63,358 bases of DNA, taken from positions 1-63,358 of IMG/VR virus record IMGVR_UViG_3300030109_004835, one strand, 5' to 3'. This document shows, one piece after another, positions 17,701-27,205 of the stretch. A program made the translations under genes and the position numbers. The DNA is from a virus (taxonomy: Duplodnaviria > Caudoviricetes). The stretch's first letter is position 1. Each line of letters opens with the position of its first letter. The notes below the pieces were generated by a model, which ran no database searches, was not told where the DNA came from, and saw only the letters and a list, made by a program, of their open reading frames with translations.

Positions 17701-18354
17701 GTGAGCAAGAAACAAGAAAGTACTGCTATTGCAGAAGCCCCTAAGTCAGAATTAGCCGCTACTAACGCTAGTGGTATTACCATCGCTTCTAGCGATATTG
17801 ATGTGCCCCGTATTAACGTGGTGCAAAAGACATCCGACATCGAAGCCCCTTTGGGAGCTGTGGTGCTCGACAAGCAGCATATCCTTGCTGAAGCGGACCA
17901 GCCGGTCCCCGTAACAGTTCTATCCGTCATAAAGGGTTGGCGGGAGAACATAGATTACGACTCCGATGAGATTCCTCAGATGGCGTATACGCAGGAAGAG
18001 GCCAATCGGATTGAACAAGCCAGCGAATACGACATGCTCGAATTTGCTGAGATCACCCTCTTGTTCCAACAACCTGAGGGCAATGAAGATGAGGCCGCGT
18101 ATCCGTTCGCTATCGGCGACGAAAATTACGCTATTGGTCGCATCAATGTAGCGAAGGATGCTTACCGCCAAACGTTCAAACGTCTGGCTACATTCGCAGC
18201 CTTTAACCCAAAGGCTTCGCTACAATATAAGGTCTGGGACTTTAAAAGTTCTTTGATCAGCCGTGGTAAATATAGTTGGTTCGCGCCGTCTCTGGCTATC
18301 AGCCAATCGGAGCCTACCGACGATGTTAAAGCCTTCGTAGAAACATTCGCGTAA
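17701..18354 (+). CDS. Putative ssDNA-binding/recombination protein
   Basis: DIDVPRINVVQKTS N-motif, aromatic C-terminal YSWF; sits between exonuclease and polymerase. Confidence 0.55.
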   Translation: MSKKQESTAIAEAPKSELAATNASGITIASSDIDVPRINVVQKTSDIEAPLGAVVLDKQHILAEADQPVPVTVLSVIKGWRENIDYDSDEIPQMAYTQEEANRIEQASEYDMLEFAEITLLFQQPEGNEDEAAYPFAIGDENYAIGRINVAKDAYRQTFKRLATFAAFNPKASLQYKVWDFKSSLISRGKYSWFAPSLAISQSEPTDDVKAFVETFA

Positions 18355-18560
18355 TGGAATCTACAGAAGACTTTGTACAGGAGATGCCTTCCGACGACGA
18401 TGTCCTTAAAACGGAGATCGCTATGTTATCAGGCATGATCGCGGAGATGGATGCTAAAGTAGAAGAAGCACAAGCCAATCTACGAAAGCTATCGGTAATC
18501 CGTGATACTCTCCAGCAGCACGTTGGTGAGTCGCAACTCGATCTTGAGTTGGACGAATAA
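18354..18560 (+). CDS. Small acidic coiled-coil protein
   Basis: TAATG coupling; followed by terminator. Confidence 0.6.
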   Translation: MESTEDFVQEMPSDDDVLKTEIAMLSGMIAEMDAKVEEAQANLRKLSVIRDTLQQHVGESQLDLELDE

Positions 18561-18567
18561 CCCTTAC

Positions 18568-18607
18568 AGCCCTCCCCGACCCATCTGTCATCGGGGAGGG
18601 CTTTTTT
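18568..18607 (+). terminator. Rho-independent terminator
   Basis: AGCCCTCCCCGA / TCGGGGAGGGCT stem followed by T-run. Confidence 0.8.
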
Positions 18608-18622
18608 ACATATGACGACATT

Positions 18623-20383
18623 ATGGATACATACGCACTGGACTACGAGTCCTACTACGACAAGACCTGCTCAATTAAGAAGCTAGGCCCGCTTGGTTAT
18701 TTTTCACATCCTGACTTTGACGCATACATGGTGTCAGTTGTTGGGGACAACGGATATGAGTTTGTTGGGCACCCTAAAGACTTTGATTGGAGTCTACTTG
18801 AGGGCAACAGGGTGCTATCTCATAACGCCTCTTTTGATGAAACCCTCTACTTGTTTGGTGTAGAAAAAGGGTGGTGGCCCTCCGTGGACTTTGCTGAATG
18901 GCACTGCACAGCAGACATGGCAGCGGCTTGCGGCCTGCCCCGCTCGCTTAAAAACGCCACAGCAGAAGCTTATGGTCTTGAGGTCTCTAAAACCACACGA
19001 GACAACATGGCGGCTAAGAGGTGGGAAAACATGTCTGATGAATTCCAGCAAGAGGTAAGCAAATACGCCCTGAAAGATTCAGAGCTGTGTTTGAAGCTTT
19101 GGCAAGACTATCAGGACAAATGGCCAGACCACGAGAAGGTCATAAGTTTAACTAACCGGAGGATTGTTCAGAGAGGGCTGCCGATGGATACAGATTTACT
19201 GAAGGAACAACTAGAGACTATAAATCAAAGGTTGTTTGAAGCCGAGTCGAACATCCCTTGGGCGGGCGAAAGACCCCTACTTAGTCGCGCCGCTTTTGAT
19301 GAGGAGTGCGTTAAACATGGGATAGAGCCTCCTAAGTCTTTAGCACAGACAGACTTGGATACTCAAGAATGGTTAAGGCAGTACGGCTACAAATATAAGT
19401 GGATCGAATCGGTTACTAACTGGCGTCGTATAAATGCCATAAAGAAAAAACTGGAGTCGTTTGACTACGCTACTTTACCAGATAGCCGTTACTATGGGGG
19501 GCTTATGTATTGGGGTGGGCACACGGGGCGGTTCTCCGGCAGCGGTGGTAATTTAAACTTACAAAACCTCCCTCGCGATGAGATGTTTGGAGTAAACCTC
19601 CGCCACATGATTTGTGCGCCGAAAGGCAGGAAGTTGGTTGTCGTTGACCTGTCTCAAATTGAGGTGCGGACTTTGTGTTGGTTAGCTGAGGATAAAGCTA
19701 CCCTACATGAGATTGCCAACACTGATGACATATACGAAGCGTTCGCTATCAGGATGGGGATGTGGGACAAAGACTCAGGGTCTTTGAAGGATAAAGACCC
19801 TAAGCGGAGGCATAAAGTAAAAGCTATTGTTTTAGGTTGTGGTTACGGCGCAGGAGCCAAGAAATTCTCTGAGATGTATGACATGCCCGAAGAGGAAGCT
19901 AAAGCAGCCGTTGACCTCTACCGAAACAGGCTATCTGCTATCCCTAAATTCTGGAGGAAGATCAACAACAACCTGAGATCTTGCTATAGCGCGGTTATGC
20001 CTTACGAGGTCGCGCTGCCCTCAGGCCGAAGAATAAAGTATGGACGAACTAAGCTGGTAAGGCAGAACGGGCGGATTGGTCATGAGGCCATTGTGAGCAG
20101 AAATGGAAAACGTTTGCCGATGAAGCTGTGGGGTGGGGTTGTAGCAGAAAATCTGTCACAAGGTCTCGCCAGAGACATATTCTCAGATATGCTAGTAAGG
20201 CTGGAGGACAATGGCATAGAGTTAATTTTTCATGTGCATGATGAAGTAATCATCGAGTGCGATGAAAACCACGCTGATGAAGTTCTCAGTAAAACAATCA
20301 ACATCATGTCTACGCCCCCAGCGTGGATACCTGACATACCCTTGGCCGCAGAAGGCCAAACCCTTACGCATTATCAAAAATGA
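18623..20383 (+). CDS. polA: DNA polymerase family A (3'-5' exo + pol; Leu762 type)
   Basis: LDYES, HNASFD, TGRFSG..NLQN, DLSQIEVR, KAIVLGCGYG, HVHDE. Confidence 0.95.
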   Translation: MDTYALDYESYYDKTCSIKKLGPLGYFSHPDFDAYMVSVVGDNGYEFVGHPKDFDWSLLEGNRVLSHNASFDETLYLFGVEKGWWPSVDFAEWHCTADMAAACGLPRSLKNATAEAYGLEVSKTTRDNMAAKRWENMSDEFQQEVSKYALKDSELCLKLWQDYQDKWPDHEKVISLTNRRIVQRGLPMDTDLLKEQLETINQRLFEAESNIPWAGERPLLSRAAFDEECVKHGIEPPKSLAQTDLDTQEWLRQYGYKYKWIESVTNWRRINAIKKKLESFDYATLPDSRYYGGLMYWGGHTGRFSGSGGNLNLQNLPRDEMFGVNLRHMICAPKGRKLVVVDLSQIEVRTLCWLAEDKATLHEIANTDDIYEAFAIRMGMWDKDSGSLKDKDPKRRHKVKAIVLGCGYGAGAKKFSEMYDMPEEEAKAAVDLYRNRLSAIPKFWRKINNNLRSCYSAVMPYEVALPSGRRIKYGRTKLVRQNGRIGHEAIVSRNGKRLPMKLWGGVVAENLSQGLARDIFSDMLVRLEDNGIELIFHVHDEVIIECDENHADEVLSKTINIMSTPPAWIPDIPLAAEGQTLTHYQK

Positions 20384-22557
20384 AATACCGATACATCAAA
20401 AACCTCAGAGACCATACTGCTCATAAGACAACTGACCTTAGTAAGATCACCAAGAAAAAACCGTCGTTTAAGACGAAAGCGGATTATAGAGAGTGGTGCG
20501 CCGAAACTTCAACAGACCATATTTTCTATTCCGCCCTTGAAGGCAGAGCCCCCTCTAAACGGATTAGTAATGATAACCCTGTTCGCAAAATATACGGGGT
20601 AGTAGCGGACTATGACGCTTCTGTTAATTGGGTCGCTATTGACGAAGACCTTAAAAGCAAATGCGCCAAAGACAAAAGACCTACTTGGAGATCTAAAACG
20701 CAATCAGGGTATCTGCGCCTCGTGTGGGAATTTGACAATCCCATCCCTATAGACCCCAACATGTTTGACACATTTATGTCGAACATGATGAAGACCCTAC
20801 AACTAGATAAACTATTTGCTGGGTTTGATAGCTCCTCTCTGCGGGCTAACCAATATTTTGAGTTGGGCGAAGACTGGGTGAAAGTGGATGGTTTACTGCC
20901 ATGCAACGTTATACAAGCCGCCTTGACTAAAACGGTATCCGATAGGCCACCACAGTCTGAAGATACGTCGATACCAATCAATGTAGTGGCTGAAGAAGTA
21001 GAGGATAGATTCCCTAATCGTTGGGTAGGAGACTTTGAGTTAGGCTCTCGCGGCCCTTTGTTTTGGATCGACGATGGCGTGAACCGAGACGGGTGTCAGG
21101 TTGTGGAAGACGGGATTGTCTGCTATAGCGACCGTGCCGGTAAAGGGTTTATGTCGTGGCGGGACATATTTGGGGCCAGCTTTGTAAAAGATTACGAGGA
21201 GAAGAAACTATCGGGCCTGCTTGACGAGTACTGGTTTAATGGCCGTAGCTTTTTCAAAGTGCTTTATGACAGTGCGGTTTCGATACCGAAAGACCAACTA
21301 ATATTGGAGTTAAAGCAAGCTGGGTTTTCTCCGAGGCCCCGAAAGAATCAGCCGCTTTCTGAAGTAGAGGGGGCACTCCTTACCGTAAGTAATCAGAACC
21401 GCATAGATGAAATTGCCCCTGTTGTTTTTTCATCGGACAGAGTTGTGTCTTACAACGGCCACCGCATACTTAACTGCGCTAATATAAAACCAGTAGAACC
21501 GGATGAAGATGGCGGCAAATTAAAATGGCCTTTTCTGAACGGCTGGCTGAGTCAGCTATTTGTTAATAGCGGGGAAAGCCCCGCCTTAGATTATTTTTAC
21601 GCTTGGCTAAAACGGTTCTACGAGTCCGTCCACTCACACGAGTTTGTGCAAGGTCAGGCATTGTTATTGGTGGGGCCGACGAATAAGGGTAAGTCGCTCT
21701 TGTCCAACAGAGTCATTAGTGGCCTAGTTGGGGGTTATGCCGACGCTTCAGATTACTTGTCGGGGCAAACTAGATTCAATAAGGACTTAGGTAGAGTGGC
21801 TACGTGGGTAATTGATGACACTACTTCAGCGGCTTCATTCAGGGACCAGCGAAAAGCTACTGAGTTGATTAAACGAGCTGTGGCTAACCCACGCGTGGAG
21901 TATCAAGCAAAGTATGCAGACGCCATGTCCATACCGTGGACAGGTCGGGTGGTAATGTCTCTGAACATGGACATTAATAGTTTGTCAGTCATACCCTCTT
22001 TAGACAGCAGTAATAGGGACAAACTAATGGCTCTCCGAATCAGCCCCACTGCCACTAGCGATTTCCCAAGAAACTCCATTCTCGAAAAGACTATTGAAGA
22101 CGAGCTGCCTCACTTCGCACGTTTTCTCCTCGACTGGCAGGTCCCTAAGGAGGTGGAGGACGTTGGAAGATTCGGAGTAAAATCCTTTATCGACACCACT
22201 GTCGCTGACGCTGCTTATGACAATAGTAGTCGCAGCACTATTGCAGAACTCGTTGAGTTCTTCGTTAAAAGGTGCAGAGAACTTAATGATGCAATGACTC
22301 ATTGGAAAGGAACCCTTACAGAGTTCCAAGTTGCTGTCCACGATTTTAATAATGGGCGAGCTGTGGGAATGTCAAACAACCTCGAATTCGTACGTCGGGG
22401 GATGTCTACTCTAGAAGAGGCTGGTAAAAATAACCCCCATTTGAGGCCCGTTAAATCGCGGGGTAAGGGCGGGGGCAAGTTATGGGAGATCAATCTTGAT
22501 CCTTGTTTCGATATTGACGCGATGACTCAAAGGAATCCGGTCGGCGCAGGGATTTAA
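20380..22557 (+). CDS. Primase-helicase (PrimPol-like N-terminus + SF3/D5-like ATPase)
   Basis: VADYD and SG..RLVW in N-terminus; GPTNKGKS, RFN, VIDD, VMSLN in C-terminus. Confidence 0.8.
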   Translation: MKYRYIKNLRDHTAHKTTDLSKITKKKPSFKTKADYREWCAETSTDHIFYSALEGRAPSKRISNDNPVRKIYGVVADYDASVNWVAIDEDLKSKCAKDKRPTWRSKTQSGYLRLVWEFDNPIPIDPNMFDTFMSNMMKTLQLDKLFAGFDSSSLRANQYFELGEDWVKVDGLLPCNVIQAALTKTVSDRPPQSEDTSIPINVVAEEVEDRFPNRWVGDFELGSRGPLFWIDDGVNRDGCQVVEDGIVCYSDRAGKGFMSWRDIFGASFVKDYEEKKLSGLLDEYWFNGRSFFKVLYDSAVSIPKDQLILELKQAGFSPRPRKNQPLSEVEGALLTVSNQNRIDEIAPVVFSSDRVVSYNGHRILNCANIKPVEPDEDGGKLKWPFLNGWLSQLFVNSGESPALDYFYAWLKRFYESVHSHEFVQGQALLLVGPTNKGKSLLSNRVISGLVGGYADASDYLSGQTRFNKDLGRVATWVIDDTTSAASFRDQRKATELIKRAVANPRVEYQAKYADAMSIPWTGRVVMSLNMDINSLSVIPSLDSSNRDKLMALRISPTATSDFPRNSILEKTIEDELPHFARFLLDWQVPKEVEDVGRFGVKSFIDTTVADAAYDNSSRSTIAELVEFFVKRCRELNDAMTHWKGTLTEFQVAVHDFNNGRAVGMSNNLEFVRRGMSTLEEAGKNNPHLRPVKSRGKGGGKLWEINLDPCFDIDAMTQRNPVGAGI

Positions 22558-23053
22558 TCGGGACATGGTACCCGTCGCAAAGATAAGTAAACCCTTCTTC
22601 ATCAGACTCCCCTTTCTGTTTAAAATTTTGGGCTTTAGTTATATGGTGAAGAGTTGTCCACCCTAACAGCCAGACTTTCGATAGGTCTTTATGTACTCTA
22701 GTAAAAAAATACAAATCAGCTTGCAGCTCTTTTTTACCTTGGGTGTTTACACTAGCTACGTAATGCAGTCTAGGTTTTGTAGTGCATGTTTTTGATTTAA
22801 CATCTACTTTCTTTTTATTGAAAATATAATCGTGTGTGTAGCACTGCTCACCAACGTAGGCAGAAGAAACAACATATTTACCAAAAGCAACTTCTCCCAA
22901 AAAACCAGTCATCCGCCCTATGCCTTTAGTATAGGAGCTAGGGGGAATACCCAAAGACTGAGAACGCCGGAAGGCTTCGGCTACATCTTCTTTAGTAGGT
23001 CTAAATAATACAAACCTGTTTTTAAGTTGTTGAAATTGATCCATAAAACGCAA
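22490..23053 (-). CDS. PD-(D/E)XK nuclease-like protein
   Basis: GFLGEVAF, HDY...VDVKSK, LYFFTRV..VWLLGW pattern. Confidence 0.6.
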   Translation of the reverse strand: MRFMDQFQQLKNRFVLFRPTKEDVAEAFRRSQSLGIPPSSYTKGIGRMTGFLGEVAFGKYVVSSAYVGEQCYTHDYIFNKKKVDVKSKTCTTKPRLHYVASVNTQGKKELQADLYFFTRVHKDLSKVWLLGWTTLHHITKAQNFKQKGESDEEGFTYLCDGYHVPIKSLRRPDSFESSRQYRNKDQD

Positions 23054-23059
23054 AGAGCA

Positions 23060-23302
23060 TCATTGCCTGTACCTCCGCGTTTTTTCAGCAACTCTTTTAG
23101 GTTGTTTAACAAACTGCTTACCTTTTTTCGTGCCCTTTCGTTTAGCCGCAGTAGTAGCAGCGTATTCTTTGTCGGTAAGGGCTTTGATTGCTGCTTCTGG
23201 TAGGTACCTCTCCCCTGTTTTACTAGACTTTTTACCGCTCTTCGTGCGCCACTTCTGTTTAGTCCAGCGCTCTAAAGACTTTTGTGGGGCGCGTTTAGCC
23301 AT
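23060..23302 (-). CDS. Small basic protein (C-terminal half of DUF5872-like)
   Basis: QKSLERWTKQKW...RYLP...GKQFVKQP. Confidence 0.7.
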   Translation of the reverse strand: MAKRAPQKSLERWTKQKWRTKSGKKSSKTGERYLPEAAIKALTDKEYAATTAAKRKGTKKGKQFVKQPKRVAEKTRRYRQ

Positions 23303-23487
23303 TACATTTTTTGTTTTTTGCTCAAAAGCCTCTTAGCCCTCTTAGCAGAATCAGAACTTTTAGGTTTTTGATGGCTATACCCTTGCCGTTTCATATTCAA
23401 ATGGTCTGCAAAAGTATTAGCTTTGTACCCTTTGCCAGACTTATCGTACATCATATGAGGTTTGAAACTCTTCGGTTGTTTTTTCAT
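23302..23487 (-). CDS. Small basic protein
   Basis: FKPHMMYD...H..MK..GYSH; TAATG coupling. Confidence 0.6.
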   Translation of the reverse strand: MKKQPKSFKPHMMYDKSGKGYKANTFADHLNMKRQGYSHQKPKSSDSAKRAKRLLSKKQKM

Positions 23488-23499
23488 AGCTAATTATAC

Positions 23500-23688
23500 T
23501 TAATCTCTATAGCCCCCACCAGCTTTCTTATATCTAGCTGCTAGTAACTGAGCTTTACGCGCTGACCACTGTCCTTTTTTGCCGCCTTTTGAACCCCGTT
23601 TAATAGCTTCAAACATACGCTTCCGCATCGCGGGCTTGGTGTAATTCCCAGCTTCGTTTACACGGGACTTAGTTTTTTTCTTAGACAT
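23500..23688 (-). CDS. Small basic protein (N-terminal half of DUF5872-like)
   Basis: YTKP.MR.R...KGG..GQWSARKAQLLA..YKK.GGGY. Confidence 0.7.
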   Translation of the reverse strand: MSKKKTKSRVNEAGNYTKPAMRKRMFEAIKRGSKGGKKGQWSARKAQLLAARYKKAGGGYRD

Positions 23689-24281
23689 TACTTTGCTAGT
23701 CTCCTTTCTACCGCTTCTTGAAAAGTTTTAGCTGCTTTAGGTGCTACATGGATATTAGCTTGGATACTCTCTTGTTTTTTAAGGGCCGACGATAATTTTC
23801 TCATTCGCGGGGCTACCCCTGTCTTATCTTTGTCAGCAGCACGGTATTCATCATTGTCTAAAAACTCAGATGAAGCCTTACCAAACTCCTCGTCTTTAAT
23901 ATGCTGTATTGTTTTAGGCGAACCTGACAAGCCACCTCTGTAGAATGAGGACACAACTTGTAACTGAAGCTCAGGGTCAAAAGAGAAAAACTGCCTGCCA
24001 AAAACTCTACGGACAGAAGTTAATTTCTCGCCGACATCTTTTTTAGCGAGCTGCATCGCTTGGTCTTCGGTAATCTTCTTATTAAAGAAGGGAGATTTCT
24101 CATAATCTTTGGTAGACCCATCTCCAATTTTATGGCCAATACCTATAGTCCAAAGCCCTTTGATATCTTGGTAAGGCTCTAGCTTAATATCTTCTTCAGC
24201 TTTTAACTCATCCATCAACTCATCTACGCTAAAAGCAGGAGCCATCGGTGACACGAAAGCTTTGGTCATTTCTTTTTCCAT
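23688..24281 (-). CDS. GH24 (T4-type) lysozyme
   Basis: E-x8-D-x5-T triad: EDIKLEPYQDIKGLWTIGIGH. Confidence 0.85.
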   Translation of the reverse strand: MEKEMTKAFVSPMAPAFSVDELMDELKAEEDIKLEPYQDIKGLWTIGIGHKIGDGSTKDYEKSPFFNKKITEDQAMQLAKKDVGEKLTSVRRVFGRQFFSFDPELQLQVVSSFYRGGLSGSPKTIQHIKDEEFGKASSEFLDNDEYRAADKDKTGVAPRMRKLSSALKKQESIQANIHVAPKAAKTFQEAVERRLAK

Positions 24282-24287
24282 AATATA

Positions 24288-24599
24288 TTATCCTTTAAAT
24301 CGTTTGCAAAATCTCTCCCATGCAGGAAAAAATAGTTCTTCTATGCAGACAACTAGGCTTTCTTCTTCAAAAGAATCTAGCCGGTCCAAGCCTGAAAAAG
24401 CAAAACAGGCATGGAGCATTTCGTGTCTGATCGTTGTTTTTATTTCTGCGGTCTTTAAATGTTTATCAATTACAATTGTTTTACGTTCGTGAGAGTAATA
24501 CCCATAGTAACCTTTCGAGCGATTGTTCTCATCACTCAGATCTTCTTTTATAATCTTAACAGGAACTCCCGCTATATGGATACTTTTGGGGAGACTCAT
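24288..24599 (-). CDS. Small zincin-like metallopeptidase
   Basis: YGYY...IVID...TIRHEMLHA...EESLV. Confidence 0.7.
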   Translation of the reverse strand: MSLPKSIHIAGVPVKIIKEDLSDENNRSKGYYGYYSHERKTIVIDKHLKTAEIKTTIRHEMLHACFAFSGLDRLDSFEEESLVVCIEELFFPAWERFCKRFKG

Positions 24600-25153
24600 C
24601 CTTCGGCATATTTCTTTATTGCACGGGCATAAACCCCTGCCAGTTTACCTCGATTGTTGTTTATCATCCTCCACTCGTCGGCGTTACTCCCAAAAAATGG
24701 TTCGGCTATAACTGCTGGTGGACTTACTTTACGTAAAAAATAAGAACCCCTTTGTTTGGCAACTCTGGGTTTTGCCCCTCGTGAAGCCAAATCAGGATAA
24801 GATTCGTTCATCTCATCCCTAAGAAAGTAAGCTAATTTGCTGCCCAGCTTACTTGAGTGCCAGTACAACCACTCATGGCCAGTAGCTCTAGGCCCCGCTG
24901 AATTAAAATGAAATTCTATGACAGCGTCTACCTCATCTTCCTTTAGCTTTTTAGCTAAATAGTTAATCCCAGCAGTGTAACTTTTAACGGGGTATTGGTC
25001 GTAAATTACAAAGTCTACTTCACCCTTAAGGGGGCTGGCGACTCGACGAACCAAATCACGGTTAAAATCCCACTCCGACAAAACATATTCCCCCGCGCTG
25101 TAAGCGCCTTGGTCTCCTAAACGGGAATGCCCTACTGCCAACCCAATTTTCAT
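24596..25153 (-). CDS. N-acetylmuramoyl-L-alanine amidase (Amidase_3) endolysin
   Basis: VGH, SEWDFN, EFHFNS..ATGHE, AVIAEPFFGSN. Confidence 0.9.
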   Translation of the reverse strand: MKIGLAVGHSRLGDQGAYSAGEYVLSEWDFNRDLVRRVASPLKGEVDFVIYDQYPVKSYTAGINYLAKKLKEDEVDAVIEFHFNSAGPRATGHEWLYWHSSKLGSKLAYFLRDEMNESYPDLASRGAKPRVAKQRGSYFLRKVSPPAVIAEPFFGSNADEWRMINNNRGKLAGVYARAIKKYAEG

Positions 25154-25317
25154 TTATTAATTAAACGGTAAAGAGATGCTATTCCTACCGCGATGCCAAC
25201 AACTAGCGAGCCTACCCTCAGCCAATACTCAAACTGCTCTTGCATGCTGGTTATGAGTCCGATGACCGGAGCGGCCATCCCAATCAAAGAGTCAAATATA
25301 CGTGTGTTAAAGATCAT
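25150..25317 (-). CDS. Small two-helix membrane protein, putative holin (not in ORF track)
   Basis: MIFNTRIFDSLIGMAAPVIGLITSMQEQFEYWLRVGSLVVGIAVGIASLYRLINK; ATGA overlaps at both ends. Confidence 0.7.
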   Translation of the reverse strand: MIFNTRIFDSLIGMAAPVIGLITSMQEQFEYWLRVGSLVVGIAVGIASLYRLINK

Positions 25318-25616
25318 TCGCCTATGGTGCTAAGGGGGTCACGGTTGTAGAGCTTGTTCATTATCTGGTCCACTTCTTGCTCTAGCTCACCGATTTTTAA
25401 GTTCTGCCTAACGTCATCCGGCAACGAACCACTCCCCCATTTTCCAGCAGGCCAATCCCTCACAAAAATCGCGTGCTTTTCAACATCCTTAGCGATCATT
25501 TGGATCTGGAAGTCGTTGTGCTGGACTTCACTTTGAAGATTACTAGCCCACCAGACGATGCCCGCCGCTTGAACCGCGAGGCCAACCCCTAGTGAGACTA
25601 GAAACTTCGTGTCCAT
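25314..25616 (-). CDS. Membrane-anchored coiled-coil protein
   Basis: N-terminal hydrophobic helix then coiled coil; in lysis cluster. Confidence 0.65.
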   Translation of the reverse strand: MDTKFLVSLGVGLAVQAAGIVWWASNLQSEVQHNDFQIQMIAKDVEKHAIFVRDWPAGKWGSGSLPDDVRQNLKIGELEQEVDQIMNKLYNRDPLSTIGE

Positions 25617-25894
25617 TATTTGCCGATGATAATAGCCCTGCGATAAGAATAATCGCTGTGAAATCTGTGTTCTTCACGCCCTACGAGAACACCTTCTTTG
25701 AATTGATACGACCTACCTTTAATCAATGTGATCGTCGGGGGATCGTATAACGCGCTGGCGTTCGCGCTCGATGCGTTTGTTGACGCGCTCGATGAGCAAC
25801 TTGCTATGAGCATCGCCAATGGCAGCAAGACCATCAAGCCGATCTTCCAAAGCGTCGAGATGTCGGTCTCTTCGCAATCGCACATGTTCGACAT
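25616..25894 (-). CDS. Lipoprotein, putative o-spanin (true start probably internal)
   Basis: Hydrophobic stretch plus lipobox LIAS-C; overlaps 25719-25937 in another frame. Confidence 0.55.
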   Translation of the reverse strand: MSNMCDCEETDISTLWKIGLMVLLPLAMLIASCSSSASTNASSANASALYDPPTITLIKGRSYQFKEGVLVGREEHRFHSDYSYRRAIIIGK

Positions 25895-25937
25895 AAGCCT
25901 GAAGAGCAGCGGTTAGTAGTTTAAAGAAATGGCTCAC
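25719..25937 (-). CDS. Putative i-spanin-like coiled-coil protein
   Basis: GTGA-coupled to upstream holin-like gene; overlaps lipoprotein gene like Rz/Rz1. Confidence 0.5.
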   Translation of the reverse strand: MSHFFKLLTAALQAYVEHVRLRRDRHLDALEDRLDGLAAIGDAHSKLLIERVNKRIERERQRVIRSPDDHID

Positions 25938-26113
25938 TTACTCTTGGCTTTGCCCACATTAAGGGCGAGCCACGATACAACGGCTGAAGCGCGGGAGACC
26001 CACTTGTTGTCACTCTCGTTAGGAGTCAATGTAGCAACAAGAGAAGCTACGGCGATTACACTTGCTGCGATTTGAAGCAGGGTGTCTACGTTTTCTGTAA
26101 TATATTCGATCAT
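25934..26113 (-). CDS. Small membrane protein, putative holin (not in ORF track)
   Basis: MIEYITENVDTLLQIAASVIAVASLVATLTPNESDNKWVSRASAVVSWLALNVGKAKSK. Confidence 0.7.
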   Translation of the reverse strand: MIEYITENVDTLLQIAASVIAVASLVATLTPNESDNKWVSRASAVVSWLALNVGKAKSK

Positions 26114-26124
26114 AGGGGTAGGGG

Positions 26125-27150
26125 TTACATCATGTTGCTGGTGTATGCTCCCACACCAGAGGGGTCAAAACGAATGGCGGGCTTGGCAGCCCCGCGATGG
26201 GCGTCGAGTTGTTCGTCGAGGATATTACGGCAAACGCTCCAATGGTAGTTGGCTCTCTCAAGGTCAGCGTTCTCCTCAGCAATATTCCCGAGCATAGCAT
26301 GCTTGATAGCATTAAGACTCGACATATGGACAATGTCCGTAGGGGTAAGAAGTTGTTTAAACTTTCGCTTTAGTAAGAGACGGATCGACATTGTTGTGCT
26401 GTTCCGATTGTCGATCCGGTAACGCCGGTAGCGAGTTATGTGGTTGGCCTGTTGGATACTATCAGCCGCAACAAGCGTCTCAGATGAGCCTGTTTCTTCC
26501 CAAGTCAGTTTAACCGGAGCTGTGAGTTCTGTGTCCCCCATCCTAATTTCACTGATGCTGGTAATGCTCGTCGTGTTGGTTGTAAGGCTGGCCTGTCCGC
26601 CACAATTAAACTGACCACCCATAGCTACTGTATGATCTGCGGTTGGTGAGGAAGTGCCCGCCCCATCAGAAAAAGTTACATGCACTTTCCCTGATGCGGG
26701 AAGCGTTGTGGCTGGGCTGATAGGTTGTAATTTTAAAGAATATGTTTTCCCAGCCACAGGCTCCTCAACAGTGGGTGAGTAGCCGTCGTCCACAATACCG
26801 AAAGAAGCTAGTGTGTTCTCACCAGCACGGTCGTTTCGGCCCACGATGTTGTAATCATGGAACTGAGCCCTAATTTCTTGTGGGTAAGAATAATCTACAG
26901 TGTCACCAGTTGTGTCGAGCAAAGCCGCAATTACAGATTCTGCATGGTCGGGGATCGTGAATGTCCCACCAGAAGTAGATACAACGTGCTCAAACAAAAG
27001 ATCCCGCCACATTCCCATGCTGTATAGTCTGGGCAGGGCGAGATTCAGTTCTTTTCTAAACTGTGGGGCACCTTCAACACCTTGAGCTGCGGGTGAGCCG
27101 CATGAAGATTGAAGGGCGTCAGTTACCCCTTGAGCAGTCAACGTGGCCAT
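26125..27150 (-). CDS. Structural protein, putative head-tail adaptor
   Basis: Helical N- and C-termini with beta-rich insert; position in tail module. Confidence 0.55.
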   Translation of the reverse strand: MATLTAQGVTDALQSSCGSPAAQGVEGAPQFRKELNLALPRLYSMGMWRDLLFEHVVSTSGGTFTIPDHAESVIAALLDTTGDTVDYSYPQEIRAQFHDYNIVGRNDRAGENTLASFGIVDDGYSPTVEEPVAGKTYSLKLQPISPATTLPASGKVHVTFSDGAGTSSPTADHTVAMGGQFNCGGQASLTTNTTSITSISEIRMGDTELTAPVKLTWEETGSSETLVAADSIQQANHITRYRRYRIDNRNSTTMSIRLLLKRKFKQLLTPTDIVHMSSLNAIKHAMLGNIAEENADLERANYHWSVCRNILDEQLDAHRGAAKPAIRFDPSGVGAYTSNMM

Positions 27151-27155
27151 AACCC

Positions 27156-27184
27156 ACGCTACCAGAATAGGGGTTAAAGGTCAA
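27156..27184 (-). promoter_or_regulatory. Leaderless sigma70-type promoter
   Basis: TTGACC-17-TAGCGT-5 nt-ATG. Confidence 0.6.
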
Positions 27185-27205
27185 GATTAGGCAAAAAACC
27201 CCTAA

